Assembly: GCF_006345805.1 (NCBI RefSeq)
Contig: NC_043012.1
Span: 48,360,001-48,424,000, forward strand
Reading direction: 5' to 3'
Length of the DNA: 64,000 nt
DNA from: Octopus sinensis
Taxonomy: Eukaryota
Under the pieces are notes generated by a model. It was not told where the DNA came from, did no database searches, and was given only the letters and a program-made list of their open reading frames with translations. Each line of letters starts with the position of its first letter. Within the stretch, counting starts at the first letter, position 1. Made by a program: the position numbers and the translations under genes. This document shows positions 43,281 to 57,453 of this stretch, in pieces.

Positions 43281-44761
43281 ATGCATGTATATGTATATAC
43301 AGTGTTAAATGTTTACACAAATCCGTAATAAGTGCACATTTTCATAATACTGTTGTTGTTATGCTTTTGTTGTTGTTTTGTTGTTGCTGCTGCTGCTGCT
43401 GCTGTTGTTATGTTGCCCAGCGTCAGCCTTGAACGAGCTAACTTATGAACGAACGTATCCCAGCGGTAACAATTCAATCATTTCTTTCTTTTTTTTCCCT
43501 TGTTTTTTCTTCTTTTTCGAGATAATGCATCTATGACTATGAGTACTACTTAAGGGAGATAGGAGATTTAAGGGAGAGTTCTCAGGTATTTTTATCAGTT
43601 AGAGGGACCGCATCGAGACTAAATTTTTCTACAATATAATGTAATATGAGGTTGATGGCGTTAGTAATATCGTTTACGATATCTTTAAGCTCTTAAAGGG
43701 AACATAAGTTGAAGATACAGACTTGTTCTTTGGTATATTGTTTCAGACACTACATATACTCTTGCTAACGTGATTCGATTCCTGTTCGTTTAATTTAATT
43801 TGGTGTAGACGATTACATAGTTTCGTACAATGAAAGGCAGCAGACATTAGCCTGGAGAAATATGAAGATATTACAGTAATGGAAAATAAGGTTCTATTAA
43901 CTACGAGATAACAGCACTTAGAGGTTCTTACTTCGTTGTAGTATTAGTATTCTGTTAAGATATTTCTGCGTTGCCACTTTCTCTTCTCACTTCTTTTCAC
44001 TAAGAATAAATCAGATGGTTGAATAGTAGATTTAGTGCTGGTGATCAGTGTAATACACATTTAAACATCACTAAGCTCATATAAACGGAGTGAAATGGAA
44101 ACAGAGTTGTATTATATTCATTATAAATACTCATTTTATGTTGAGGCTTACACCTCAATATATATTTATGACCTTGGCTGTGTATTAGCTAAATACCTCA
44201 TAAATTAGATGATAGTAACTCATGTTGGAAGAATATATGTTGGCTATATTATATGTAAGAGAAATAGGTTACTGACAATAAGTATATTAGCTTCCTATAA
44301 GACACGATGTCATCTCAAGGATAGGATAAGATGGGTTCGACAGAAAAGTAATACAACGTTTAAGAAATTAAATAACCATTAAACTTCATAAACAAACACA
44401 CACTCACACACATGTGCATATGTGTGTGTATCATTATTCAACTTTATTTAAAGATTTCTTGCCAATAGCGAAATAGAGAAAGAGTTGGTTTTGTAACCAA
44501 CATCCGAGGCCCTTTCATTGGAATTTCAACAACGTCTGCAACGTATCTGTGTACGTATGTGTGTCTGTGTTCAGTATCTGGAGTCAGTACCTGTGCAGAT
44601 TTTTATGATGTGATTCATATGTGTATTCTCATGCATATACTTGCATTCCAGACATGCGCATACATATTTAGTGTATGTATTTATGTATGTATGTATGTAT
44701 GTATGTATGTATGTATGTATGTATGTATGTATGTATGTATGTATGTCTGTATGTATGTATG

Positions 44762-44799
<38 letters not shown>

Positions 44800-44899
44800 G
44801 GTTTCTCTTCTCTTTTTAAATATCTAAATTCTTCCTTTGAAGAAGGAACTGATTTCTAACAAAGCTCAATCGTTGGAATATAGACAATGAAAGCAATGT

Positions 44900-45200
44900 T
44901 ACATTTTAAACCTGATAAAAATCTTGCAAAGATTTATTGTTCCGCTTACAGATTGTATTTGTAAATTTCGAGTAGGCTGATATATTTTCCTGAAAACCCA
45001 ATCGTATTCAGTCTGACAGTTAGGCATTTACTTACAAAACCAAGTGCTCCAATTATTAATGGTATAAATGTACATTTGTTATCCGAGAATAGAAGCTGGA
45101 AATTTCGAAGCAGTTGCCCATAGTTATCTTCGTTCTCTTTAATTTCAAGAGAGATATCCACATCAGCAGGATAGCTGAACTCTGTGAGAAAATCTTCTTG
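44900..45200 (-). mobile_element. RLE non-LTR retrotransposon C-terminal fragment (family 2)
   Basis: EFSYPADVDISLEIKENEDNYGQLLRNFQLLFSDNKCTFIPLIIGALGFVSKCL..QSVSGT..CKIF; homologous to 61680-62085. Confidence 0.8.
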
Positions 45201-48001
45201 CACAGGCATTGCACGATAACAACATTGATTAAGCTTCGTGCAATGGCCATACTCAATAACGAGGGGGCAGCCACCATGTATGTATGTACCAGTTGAAACT
45301 TCAGAACTATACGAGCACAACGTAAGTTCAAACCCCAAAAGAAGACTTCTAAAACTACAAGTACGAGTCATTTTCTAAGAGGTTACAGAGATTTATAAAA
45401 TTTACTCTAAGTACCGAAAGACTGAACTTACAGCCTCAGTTGCCTAGACATAAAGAAATGTCCTTATTTACTATCCCATATTGCTTAGTAGCTTTGTTGA
45501 TTTGCTTCAGGTAATCAGAGTGAGATATTCAGAATAAGATATTCATGTGTTTTGAAAAGTTCAGCAAATGTACACCGTAGGTTTTCATTGGCATGTGATG
45601 AATGAAAACGATGTAATAAATCATATATACTATTTCAAAGAGACAGTTTTTCTAATGTTGCACCAATTTAGCTAAGACGTTTATAAAGACCTGTCAATCA
45701 TAAATAAAATCTCTTTAATAAGACCCTGAGCTCAAGTGTTAAGTTTTCCCACCTACAACATAACTAAATGAATTGTAAGATATAGACAGAGGCTGTAAAT
45801 AGTCATTCGCCCCACCAGAAATAGCAGTCATAACGCAGTCAAATTACACCTATCTGCCTGAAAAAATGAAGTCAAACTGGATAATACTTGATATATAAAA
45901 AAAAAATATGGGTTAGTCACGACTCTAATGCTTTTGAATAAAAACTTTGTTGGTTAAACAACAACTACAAAATAGCTGTTAAGTCAAGAAAGGAACGTAC
46001 GTACAGTCGATTGGAAATCAAATTCCTCTCAAATCATTTACACCGTATTGTGTACTGTTAGGATAGATAAGCCGGACAATATTAAATGGTGACTGTTGGA
46101 ATACTGCTGATAGTGTATTAGTTCGACCAGAGCTCAAGACAAGATAAATGGCCAACGACACTCGCTGTAACAACCACTCCACCTGGCAGGGCTCGTTTCT
46201 CCGAAAGGTCACCGTTATCTCTATTTTGCAGAAGAGATAAGTAGTATAGCCCCTCCTCTCCCTTTTCGCTGCTTTACTCCCTCCCACACATTTTTTTCTT
46301 CCTTTTCTTATCTTATCTTCATTCCTATTTCAGTGTATTTAAAAGTTCTACCGCAATGCTAATTAGTGTGTTAATGCCTCTACGTATTCGGTTACCTGAA
46401 GTGTGATACAAGACGAGGTTAAAGATTCACAGCAACGAAAGGACAAACAGGCTCTTTTGAACTCGCGCCTCGTCTACCGAAAATTTCAATAAGTCATCCA
46501 TTGCATTCGCTTGGTGTCAGCAAGTATAATACACACACACACACACACAAACACACACGCACAAACACACGCGCACACATACGCGCACACATTTCTGAAT
46601 ATATTTTTCTATAACAAATGTCATTTCATTGAGAACTCACTAACTGTTGTTGCTCTTTAACAGCAACATCATTCTCTGATCTTTTGTCTGTTATCATTTA
46701 TCTAGAAAAATTATGCGTGTATGCAAGTGTATGTATGTTATGTATGTATGTGTATGTATATATCCATGAACACACATATTTATGTGTATGTGTGTGCGTG
46801 CGTCTGAGTGTGTCTGTGTGTGTGTGTACGCTTACTTGCATGGTATTTTCTAGTGTATGCGCGTTGATATAGGTGGTTGTCAGTGTCGCACGCCTGTGTA
46901 TACGAGGGTGTGCTCCGTATAAATGTATCTGTGTATGCTTATACGGATGTACATGGTTGCTTGTATGGGTGTGCTTGTTTGTGAGTGTATGTGTGAGTAT
47001 GTGTGTGTATGAGGGTAAATGTGTGTGTGTGTGTGTGATTATCACATCCTCACATCATATGCAACCTTTTCAATAAGTTAGTTTCCATGCCAACAAACAG
47101 TTTTCAGTTTGATGCTGATGATTTGAAAATGATTCACAGAATATTTAATGCAACAATCAGACTGCATTTAGCATGTTGCTCTTTCTATATAAACAAACAC
47201 ACGGTAATTAGTAGTACGATGTTTGATGATGTTATACAAAATTGCATAGACGATAATCTCCTCATTAGAGCTACAAACAGACTAGTCACCTTTATTAACA
47301 TCGTTCTTTGGAGAGAGTCGACTCTTTTATACTTTTATTCTTTCACAGTTTTTAGATTTTAAAAGGCGACCATTCTGGAGGCAACCACCTTCAATTATTT
47401 CAGCCGATCATATCGACCGTAATATTTATTTGTCTGGTAGTTATTTTATCGATCTTTGTTTATCGAATGACTAAATTACCTTTCCCTGTTCTCTGTTCAT
47501 ATAATATAAAATTGCTAGGCTGTATTAATACATTTATGTTGATCATTTCGTATTCAATTTGGTCGATGATTTTGTACAAATTGGAGAATATCAATCAGGA
47601 TATACGGCATACAAGATTCCGATATATATCATACATTACTTTGCCCCTTCCGCATATATATTTACTAATATAGTCAGTTGTGAGGAAACCTTCCGGAAAT
47701 CCCGTCGAAGGGTCGTTTTTTTTTTTCTTGAGTGATAGAATTAATTTATTTGCCCGGTCTAACAACACAGGAGTGTACTTAGCGAAGTTCATTTTATCGC
47801 AGACACACAGGATGGTAGTCTTCCGATATGAGGACATTTTTTTCCTCTTTAGATCCATCTTGAAGACTAGGAATAGAACCAATATCAGTGATTTGTTCCT
47901 ACCTAATCTCTTAAAAAATAAATATATATATATAAATTAACAGAATGAGATCAAAAAATTCCAAGGTTGTGAATAGTCTTCAGAACATTTATAAAGAGAA
48001 G

Positions 48002-48049
48002 GTCTTACAGCTGTTTCTGGGATATTTTATATATCCCATCATCAGAGAC
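48002..48049 (-). ncRNA. Type I hammerhead ribozyme with perfect core
   Basis: GTCT-CTGATGA-TGGGATAT-ataaa-ATATCCCA-GAA-ACAGCTGT-A|AGAC. Helix I is 4 bp, helix II is 8 bp and helix III is palindromic. Predicted GUA cleavage falls between 48006 and 48005. Confidence 0.85.
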
Positions 48050-48203
48050 GGTGCGAGAAAATGTTTAAGTAATAGGTATTAAAGAAAAGATATGAAATAC
48101 AGAGGGAAATGGAGGAATGAAAACAGAAGTGAGATGCGTATCTCAAGTCTGTTTTCATTCTCTCTGTATTTCCTATCTTCTCTATAATACATTTTGTTTC
48201 GCC

Positions 48204-48251
48204 ATTTCTGGTGATGGGATATATAAAATATCCCGGAAACAGTTGTAAGAC
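48204..48251 (+). ncRNA. Mutated second copy of the same hammerhead
   Basis: ATTT-CTGGTGA-TGGGATAT-ataaa-ATATCCCG-GAA-ACAGTTGT-A|AGAC; A6G plus several other transitions. Confidence 0.65.
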
Positions 48252-48380
48252 CTTCTCTTTATAAATGTTCTGAAAATTATTCACAGCCTTGGATTTTTTT
48301 TATCTCATTCTGTTAAATGTGTGTGTGCGTATCACCTGGTACGTGCCAACGCACGGAATTTTCTGACCTTGAGACAGCGA

Positions 48381-48478
48381 AGGCGCATGGCGTAGTGGTT
48401 AGGGTACTGCACTCACGATTGTGAGATCGTGGTTTAGAATCCCTGAACGAGTGTTGTGTTGTATTCTTGAGCAAAGCA
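48381..48478 (+). mobile_element. tRNA-derived SINE 5' head
   Basis: A box TGGCGTAGTGG, B-box-like GGTTTAGAATCCC, then GTGTTGTATTCTTGAGCAAAGCA. Confidence 0.7.
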
Positions 48479-48594
48479 ATTTGGAACATGGTGCACTTGT
48501 ACGGCTAATGTCGATTGATGGCTGGAGTGAGCTTATGTGAACTATAACATGTGATCACTATAAACAAATCATCGGTGTGTGTATATATATGTAT

Positions 48595-48659
<65 letters not shown>

Positions 48660-49285
48660 ACATATATATGTGTGTGTGTGTATTTATGTATGTATGTATG
48701 TATATGTATAAATATATAATTTTATATATATAATAGGGAATCACTAAATCCCATTAAGGGGAATGGTAATATGACCTAGTTCCCCAAAACTACAACTAAC
48801 CATCGTCACCATCGTCCAAAAGACGCACATGCTAACACAAAAAAGCACACAAACGCATGCTGCTATTTCAGTTGGTAAGCAACTCTCCATCCATTAGGTC
48901 AGGAATTAAATTTTGTCAGTTTTTGGCCTGAGATTTTTATCTTTTAAAGGTATAATCCAATTTTAATTGCAAAATATGAATGAAGGTAAGAAATTGAAAC
49001 GTGCGTAGGCGATATGAAATTGACTATTATATGAATTTTTTCTCTGTGTTCAAACCCTGCATTTTTCCTTATATTATATTATTAAAATTCTGATATTGTA
49101 CGTTGTATAGATGAAAGCATCTATAACGACAACTAGAACTTCGTAAGTGTTGACACTAATACTAACACAAATTCATGAATTCCAAGTATATTAGTCGATA
49201 TGGAGCTAAGCTGGTATATACTTGGATGAAATACATTCCTGTAAAAGTGCAACCTCATTCCATTCGAAACTTCATAAACACTCGT

Positions 49286-49401
<116 letters not shown>

Positions 49402-49823
49402 AGAAGCGCACGTGCACATACACGCACACACACCTGTCCCTGTATGTCTGTTTCTCTGTATATGAAATGTGTAGATACGTCTGTACACGTACAGATATAT
49501 TCAAGTTGCTCTATAAGCTGTACAAAGCAGAGATAACCGGCTTTTGGAGAGAAGATCAAGCCTCCATTATGTAGCATTCAGTATCCATGTTATTTGATAG
49601 TGACTATCCATGTTTCAAAACTACCTCCATATTGTACAGGGATTGATAAAAGCTTGAACTAGCCTTCATCAAACAAATTCATCATTTCGCTGATATTTAT
49701 GATACTTAAAATAATTGATTCCGTAAAATACTTAGTTGGACAACGTTGTGCTTGAAATCTTGAATAACTATATCAATAAATAATAAGATGATTAAGAAAA
49801 CTGAAAAACTATTTTTTCAATTA

Positions 49824-49899
<76 letters not shown>

Positions 49900-50577
49900 G
49901 AATCGAATGAGAATGAAAGAAATTTTCTTTGTGATAAAAATTTCTTTTGAAATACCATATACATCTGAAGGAAATTAAAAATGTATTATTGAAAAAGAAA
50001 AATAATGATAAAACAAACGAAAATATCTATACAGTATGCGTTACAGAAAACATGTAAAAGAGACAGCAATGATGTTATTTAAAGATGTGTCTCGACAAAA
50101 TCATGTAACTAGGGTAAAAAAAAATTGGTGTAAAATTCAGAAAGAAAAGAAATCCGAGAAATTATAGAAGAAAAATTTCAAAATAAACATTAGTGAAGAC
50201 GGAATGGAATTCAGGAAAGACAAGAACTAAAACATTAAAGATTTAAAAGAATAATAATAAAGGGGGAAAACCTAATAAATGGTTTTGTGAAAAACAAGAA
50301 AAAACTTTGAATCTTAAAACTGAATTAAAAAGAAACGTGTCTGGATTGCAGCTACTGATTAAATTAACTCTATGTTCCTACAACATCAACAACAGCCAGT
50401 GAACAATGAAAACAGCAGTACGATGGGACATAAACAAACACACACTGGACAGGGGTAATACTAACAAGTGATCATCTATATTTTGTAGTTAAGAAAGCTA
50501 GAAATAACAGTTAAATCTCCTTGTCATTTTACCATAGAGGAGAAAGAGAATGTGATCCTCGAAATATTCATAACGAT

Positions 50578-50703
50578 TTCAAATTTTGGCACAAGTCCAG
50601 CAATTTCGGGGGAGGGGTAAATCGATTACGCTAACCCCGAAACGATTAAATGCTGCTAAGCATTTTGCCTGGCGCGCTTCCGATTCTGCCCGCACGCTGC
50701 CTT
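50578..50703 (-). mobile_element. Internally deleted SINE family A
   Basis: The TTTCAAATTTTGGCACAAG tail is joined to the GCTAAGCATTTTGCC head; the central domain is missing. Confidence 0.7.
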
Positions 50704-53054
50704 ACTCGCAACATTAATATGGAGAAGAAAAGAATGGGATGAAAGTTGCTGAAATACTTTAATCATAGGTCTGCTCAGACACTACAGCCATGGCAAAAGC
50801 AATGAATCTATCGCGACCAAAGCCTGAAAAATAGCCTGAAAAATTAACGAAGTTAACCATCATACTAGAAAATGTACCTAAATCTCCTTTCAAATCACAC
50901 CTTACCAACTTAACACTGAAGAGAGACATATTAAATGCTGTGGACCAGAGTAGACTTTGTTTAGCCTTACATGGGGATAAACAACTACGGCAATAGCAAC
51001 AGCGCAAGTATCACAACCATGAAGACTTCATCAATAATAAAAGATCCAAAGACTTCTAAATGGTTATTCGGCACGCTAGAAATAGAAACTAAACCTCATT
51101 AACTTATTGCCATAGAAAATATAATAAAAAGACACGTTAGCTAAATTGTGTGCTTACTTTCACTTCGCCTAACAAAATTGGGAAACGGTTGCTACTGGAT
51201 TGTAATTTACCGAGCAATGTTCCATCACGACTATCATAAAAACTAAATAAATGCGTTAGCAACGGCATTAGCAATGCAATAGCAGGACACCTTTGTTTTT
51301 CATCCTTTTTTAGTGGTTAAAATAAGCACCAGTCGAGGATGAGACTGTAGGATGAGACTCAAACATCCGGTGATATTCCTTACTGCATCGTTTCCTTGCT
51401 TTTTTGTATTCCTTCGTTGTTGGCTTCATTTGTCATCTACTTTAATACGACAAGTTCGTTCTCGCGTGGCTTTAGCAGAATACACTTTGTTGCAAGCATT
51501 TTCGCCGGGTCTCCAGTGTCAGAATAATTTTCTCTGTTCCTCCAACCAGTCTTGGAGAAATCGAATAATAAAAGGACATGTGCAGTGACCTTCCATCTTT
51601 GATTAAACGGCGAAGAAATAAAACCGTAACAAGAGCAGCAAGCGTGACTCAAGAACAGCCAGAACAAAAGTGCTTGCAGTGTAATAAAAATAGCCACATC
51701 AACAGCATAATCAACTGCGACAAAAGAAGGAGCAATTATTACGATGACATCAATAAATGCACCGATGGCATCGTGAAGAACAATAATAAAAATAGACACA
51801 TCTACAGCACCGACAACAATAGTATCAACTGTAACAACAACACGTGCAACAACAATAACAACAACAAAGAATATTAAAAGTAACAAGATCATATGCAAGA
51901 GTAGAAAGGACAGATGCACTGAAAATAGTTGCTGCATCAATAGCAGCAGAGACAAAACTAATTGTAACAGAAGCAACAGCAGTCATAGCATCAGGAGGAA
52001 CAATGTGCCAGCAAGGGAGCCTCCAGGTGATCGATCGAACCTCTAGAAATAGCAACCTAGCTGCTACAGTGGTTCTCAAACAATGCACCGCGGAACACTG
52101 ATGTTCAGTAAGGTGTAGCTAAGTGCACCACAAAACTAATGAAACATATTTTTAAAATGTGAATAACACACACAGAATTTTGAAACATTAAATATTAAAT
52201 GTTTCTAAATTTTCTGTAGTGTACCGCGTGTAGGAGATGCTGGCATAATTTTGAATGTGGATGAGTGTGAGGAAACAATATGGTGAGGGTTTATGACTGG
52301 AATACATTTGATCCAAACTCTGGTTGATCAGGGCAGATGCAACGCTAAGCAACAACAGGGATAACAATGATGACGACGCTAGAAACAAGAATAGCATTAT
52401 CACCATAACAAGGTATGCTAATAACTGCAGCAGTAATAACTTTAACAACAAGACTAATTAGCAACCATAGGAATAATAACAGCAACAGGGATTGACAACT
52501 GCAGCAATAACAACAACAACAACAACAGAAACTAACAGCTGAAGCATTTGCAACAGCAATAGCAACATCAAATGTGATTGCATCAGCTGCATGAAAGCAG
52601 AACGCTCGGGATTAGAACAAAAGCAACAGCAGCAATTCTGGCAGTAATAAAAAGGGAGTCATGTACATAGTCACAAGATGTGCTAGATATAGCAGCCAAA
52701 TATGCATCAATTTAGAAACCAGATATCTTTAAAACGAAGGTCATGTTGAGTAATGAAGTTCAAGGAACATTATCGCCGGGAAACGATCTGGTACAACACA
52801 AGAACAACAACAAGAAAAACGACTGCAGGAACATCGATTCATGTATGACTATCACTAAATGCATCATTAACAGCAGCAACAACAACACTAAAGGCAAAGG
52901 ACATTAATTACAAAATAACCGCAGCATAAATCGACATTACTGCAGAAACAACAAAATAAATGATAACAGTGCTCCAACAACTGTAACAGCATCAGGGCAA
53001 CAGAAATAAGAACAACGAAATAACAAGACAAAATGAGGATAATAAATCATATTA

Positions 53055-53880
53055 GTTTCAAATTTTGACGCAAGGCCAGTAATTTTGGAGGAAGGGTAAG
53101 ACAATTACATCGATTCCCTCAGTACTTAACTGTTACTTATTTTATCGAATGCAAAAGTGGACTAGACGGAATTTGAACTCAGAGCGTAAAAACGGCCGAA
53201 ATGCCGCTACGTATTATGCCCTTCGTGCTAACGTTTCTTATTTCTTTATTGACCACAAGGAGCTAAACATAGAGGGGACAAACAAGGATAGACAAATGGA
53301 TTAAGTCGATTATATCGACCCCAGTGCGTAACTGTTACTTAATTTAATCAACCTCGAAAGGATGAAATGCAACGTCGACTTCAGCGGAATCTGAACTCGG
53401 AACGTAACGGCAGACGAAATACCTATTTCTTTACTACCCACAAGGGGCTAAACACAGAGAGGACAAACAAGGAAAGACAAATGGATTAAGTCGATTATAT
53501 TGACCCCAGTGCGTAACTGGTATTTAATTTATCGACCCCGAAAGGATGAAAGGCAAAGTCGACCTCAGCGGAATTTGAACTCAGAACGTAGCGGCAGACG
53601 AAATACCGCTAAGCATTTCGCTCGGCCTGCTAACGTTTCTGCCAGCTCGCCGCTTTAATAACAACATTAATAAATGTTTCAAACTTTGGCACAAGGCCAG
53701 AAAATTTGGGGGAGATAATTCGATTGCATTGACTCCAGTGCTCAACTGGTACTTATCTTATCCCTGAAAAGATGAAAGGCAAAGACGCTTTCGGTGGAAT
53801 GTGAACTCAGAACGTGATGACGGACGAAATACCGCTAAGTATTTTGCCAAATGTACAAATAATTTTGCCAGCTCGCCGCC
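53055..53880 (-). mobile_element. Chain of four same-orientation SINE family A copies, two with heads interrupted by the next copy's tail
   Basis: Copies at about 53055-53238, 53238-53423, 53422-53653 and 53676-53880. Confidence 0.9.
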
Positions 53881-54046
53881 TTAATATCAACAGTAATAAC
53901 AATAAAATAACAGAAACTTATTAAAATGCAACGCAAACGTTAATAATAATATAATTAACAACACATTAATTATTTCGAATTTAAGCCCAAGGCCCGCAAC
54001 AGTGAGGTGAGTGACGAGGTCGATAACATCGATCTACCACTTGACT

Positions 54047-54497
54047 TACTCTTTTACTTGTTTCAGTCATTTGACTGTGGCCATGCTGGAGCAGCAGCTT
54101 TAGTCGAGCAAATCGACCCAAGGACTTATTCTTTGTAAGCCTGGTACTTATTTTCTTTTGCCGGACCGCTAAGTTACGGGGACGTAAACACACCAGCATC
54201 GGTTGTCAAGCGGTGTTGTGGGGACAAACGCAATCACACAAACATACACCCACCCACCCACAAATATACATAAACACACACACAAATACACACACAAACG
54301 CACACACACACAAACGCACACACACACATATATATACACATATACAACGGGCTTCTTTCAGTTTCCGTCTACCAAATCCACTCACAAGTCTTTAGTTAGC
54401 CCGAGGCTATAGTAGAAGACACTTGCCCACGGTGCCACGCATGGGACTGAACCCGGAACCATGTGGTTTGTAAGCAGGTACTTACCACACAGCCACT
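54047..54497 (-). mobile_element. Composite tRNA-derived SINE family B (head + CORE-like segment + internal microsatellite + tail ending TAAAAGAGTA)
   Basis: Minus strand GTGGCTGTGTGGTAAG..GGTTCAGTCCC..GGGCAAGTGTCTTC; near-identical organisation to 59987-60480. Confidence 0.9.
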
Positions 54498-54791
54498 CCG
54501 ACGCAACCAAAAAAGGAAGAAAGGCAAAGATGACCTCTGTAGGATTTTGAACTCAGAACTTCAAAAAAATCTCGGATCGAAGTACCATAAGACAGTTCTT
54601 CGGACACACTGACAATCCTGATTAGCTGACCACCCTCACAACAACAGCAATAACTACAGCGAGAAGTTGTCAACGACGGCAGCAGTAATAATGCTAGGAA
54701 CTGTTCAAATATCAATATTTATATTTAAAAAATACATAAAAATCAGCTATTTACAAACAAGATTATATAATATATACAAACACGCACACAG

Positions 54792-54831
<40 letters not shown>

Positions 54832-55699
54832 CATATGCATATGTGTATGTGTATGCTATACACGCACGCACATGCTCGCGAGTGCGCGTGTATATGTATA
54901 TACTTCCACATTAGTAATCAGTAATCGATCGAACGAATGGTCACAGTTGGCTGTTATATTATGTCGAAGCTTAATCATGTTGCTACTACCAACAGCTAAT
55001 CATAGGACACACACACACATATATATATATATATGTATGTGTGCGTATATGCGTGTGCGTATGTGTGTATGTGTGTGTGTGTGTGTGTGCATGTGTGTGT
55101 ATGTGTGTGTGTGTGTATCAGGCATGACAATATGTAAGTATGACACATCCAGCAGGGGCAGCCGCTATAACAGTACATTTTGCTCAATAGAAATCCCAGA
55201 TGGTTAAATGACAGAAGAGATGGAGTGCAGAAGAGATGGGAAGAGGCTATATGTTTGTTGTCGTTGTCGTTCTTGCTGCTGCTGCTGTTGTTGTTGATGA
55301 GGATGATGATAATGATGATGGTGATGTGGTGGGGAAGGTGCTGGTGGTATTGTTGCGAGGCTAATTGTACAGCTACATAAATATTATGGCTACGAGACAT
55401 CGAGGAGTTTTGCGCACACATATACATGTTATATTTGAAATGTTATATTTAAATGTTATATTTTTTCACTGGCTTCAGTCCAGTTATCGGACTACAGTCA
55501 TACATGCCAAAACACCGCCTTCATGGATTTTAGTCTAACATATCGATCTTAGTGCGTATATCCATCTAGCACTTTTTTTCTAAAATCTTTATTTGATAGC
55601 TCACTGAGTTTCGTAACACAAAGCGAACAACACCGGTTGCTTTAACTTCAACACCAATTTAGTTCACACATGATTTTAGCATTGACTTCTTTCTATGAC

Positions 55700-55920
55700 G
55701 ACAACGAGCCGGCAGAATCGTTGCCACGCGGGGAGAAATTGCTTATCGGCATTTCTTCCGACTTCCCATCTCTTCTGCACTCCATCTCTTCTGTCATTCT
55801 GACTTCAAATGTTTCCGTGATTGACTTTGCCTTTCATTCTTTCGGGAGTGATAAAATAAGTACCTGTTGAACACTAAAGTCGATATAATCGTCTTATCCC
55901 CTCTCCACAATTGTGGAACT
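55700..55920 (+). mobile_element. Degenerate SINE family A
   Basis: GAGCCGGCAGAATCGTT head; GACTTTGCCTTTCATTCTTTCGGG..AAAATAAGTACC central domain. Confidence 0.7.
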
Positions 55921-56361
55921 TGTCGGCTTTTACTCCTTACTCTGTGACGGCACTTTGATCCTTGCCGGAGGGCATAGCTCTTGATACCATTCCCTTCTGA
56001 ACCTCTCACACGCATTAATATATGTCCTGGAGTTGAACTAGGGACAGCTGATGAAGGGGATTTTTCCTTGTGTAGTTTGTCTAGTACTCTGTTTTTTCTT
56101 TGTAAAAAAAAGGTTCGTTCCATGCTTGTTTTTACGTTTTCGTTCTCGTTGAGTTCTGCGTCTATTTGTGGTGTCCTGTACTCACGTATATATATTTATA
56201 TATGCATGTATATATACATGTAGATGTAGGTACGTACATATATGTATGTATGTATGCATATATTTTATTTATTACACTATTGTATGACTGAGCGCCTTCG
56301 CGTCGATTCGATTCGATTCGTTCCGTTTCGTTTCGTTTCTTCTTCTTCTCCCAGTACAGTT

Positions 56362-56412
<51 letters not shown>

Positions 56413-56416
<4 letters not shown>

Positions 56417-56479
56417 CGCAATGGCCCAGTGGTTAGGGCAGCGGACTCACGGTCGGAGGATCGCGGTTTCGATTCCCAG
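56413..56479 (+). mobile_element. tRNA-derived SINE head (not a tRNA gene)
   Basis: A box TGGCCCAGTGG and B box GGTTTCGATTCCC; the acceptor stem is not closed. Confidence 0.75.
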
Positions 56480-56579
56480 TTTCAGTGTTAAAGTGCCGGG
56501 ATACCGTTTTTTACAAACTCACGTGTGTGAAACGACTAGTAAAGACGTCTGAAATGGATCTATATTACTTTGTACGTGT

Positions 56580-56615
<36 letters not shown>

Positions 56616-56736
56616 ACGCGTGTGTGTGATTGTCTGTCTGTCTGTATGTATATTTGTATGTATGCATATATGTATGTATCTCTATATTAATAAATAATCG
56701 ATTCAAATTTTGTCATGACGCCAGCAAGTTCGGTGG

Positions 56737-56925
56737 GAGGCAGAGACGTTAGCACGACGGGCAGAATGCTTAGCGGCATTTCGTTCGTATTTACGTTCTG
56801 AGTTCAAAATTCCGCCGAGGTTGACTTTGCCTTTCATCCTTTCTCGTCGATGAAATAAGTAGCAGTTAATACTGAGTTATCCCTTCCACCAAACATACTG
56901 GCCTTGTGCAAAAATTTGAAACCGA
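56737..56925 (+). mobile_element. SINE family A
   Basis: GGCAGAGACGTTAGCACG..TTCTGAGTTCAAAATTCCGCCGAGGTTGACTTTGCCTTTCATCC..GGCCTTGTGCAAAAATTTGAAACC. Confidence 0.85.
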
Positions 56926-57375
56926 TATTACATATTATTGTTTGTCACTAACCATCCATAGTTAAGTGCCTTCAAGATGTAAACTACAAACCACACCGAA
57001 ATTACCTTGATTCCATGAATAAATAGCATGAAATGAGTCTCTAATGAATTAGTTACAAATTGTAGTCCACAAAGTCACCGAAGATTTTCAAGAATCTGCC
57101 TTAGAAAATGTTCCAGTTTCCAACAACCATGAATATTCTGCAATAGCTTAGTTGAGTTCCTCAATGGAGTATTCCTGTCACATATGGGGACAACATTGCT
57201 GCTGCTGCTGCTGTTGCATACAAATCTCCTAACAGACCCAAACACATTGCCACCTGACTAAACAGAGTAAAGCCATTTCTATATTCTACTGCCCACCTCA
57301 GTAGCCTCTCTCTGACTTTCCTGCTGCTGACACTACTGCCACTGCTGCCATTGCTGCTGTTGCTGCTGTGTAGTG

Positions 57376-57453
<78 letters not shown>

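Larger units (their letters stand above)
47937..48316. mobile_element. 380-bp fold-back of two divergent copies of a hammerhead-bearing element end (PLE pLTR-like)
   Basis: The arms are reverse complements (TTAACAGAATGAGAT..CAGAACATTTATAAAGAGAAGGTCTTACA), centred on GAGAT-gcgt-ATCTC at 48131-48144. The element is flanked by (TA)n and (TG)n. Confidence 0.85.

Noticed and set aside
51570-53030. N/S/Q-rich ORFs in an AAC/AGC-rich region
   Set aside because: The region looks like an old decayed trinucleotide tract, with frequent stops and no splice or domain evidence.
56413-56479. tRNA gene candidates (also 48381-48450 and 12250-12300)
   Set aside because: A/B boxes are present, but there is no closed cloverleaf or terminator and SINE body sequence follows in some; treated as SINE heads.
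57100-57320. Possible RTE-like C-terminus (RERLLRWA) on the minus strand
   Set aside because: Only one short motif resemblance; insufficient.
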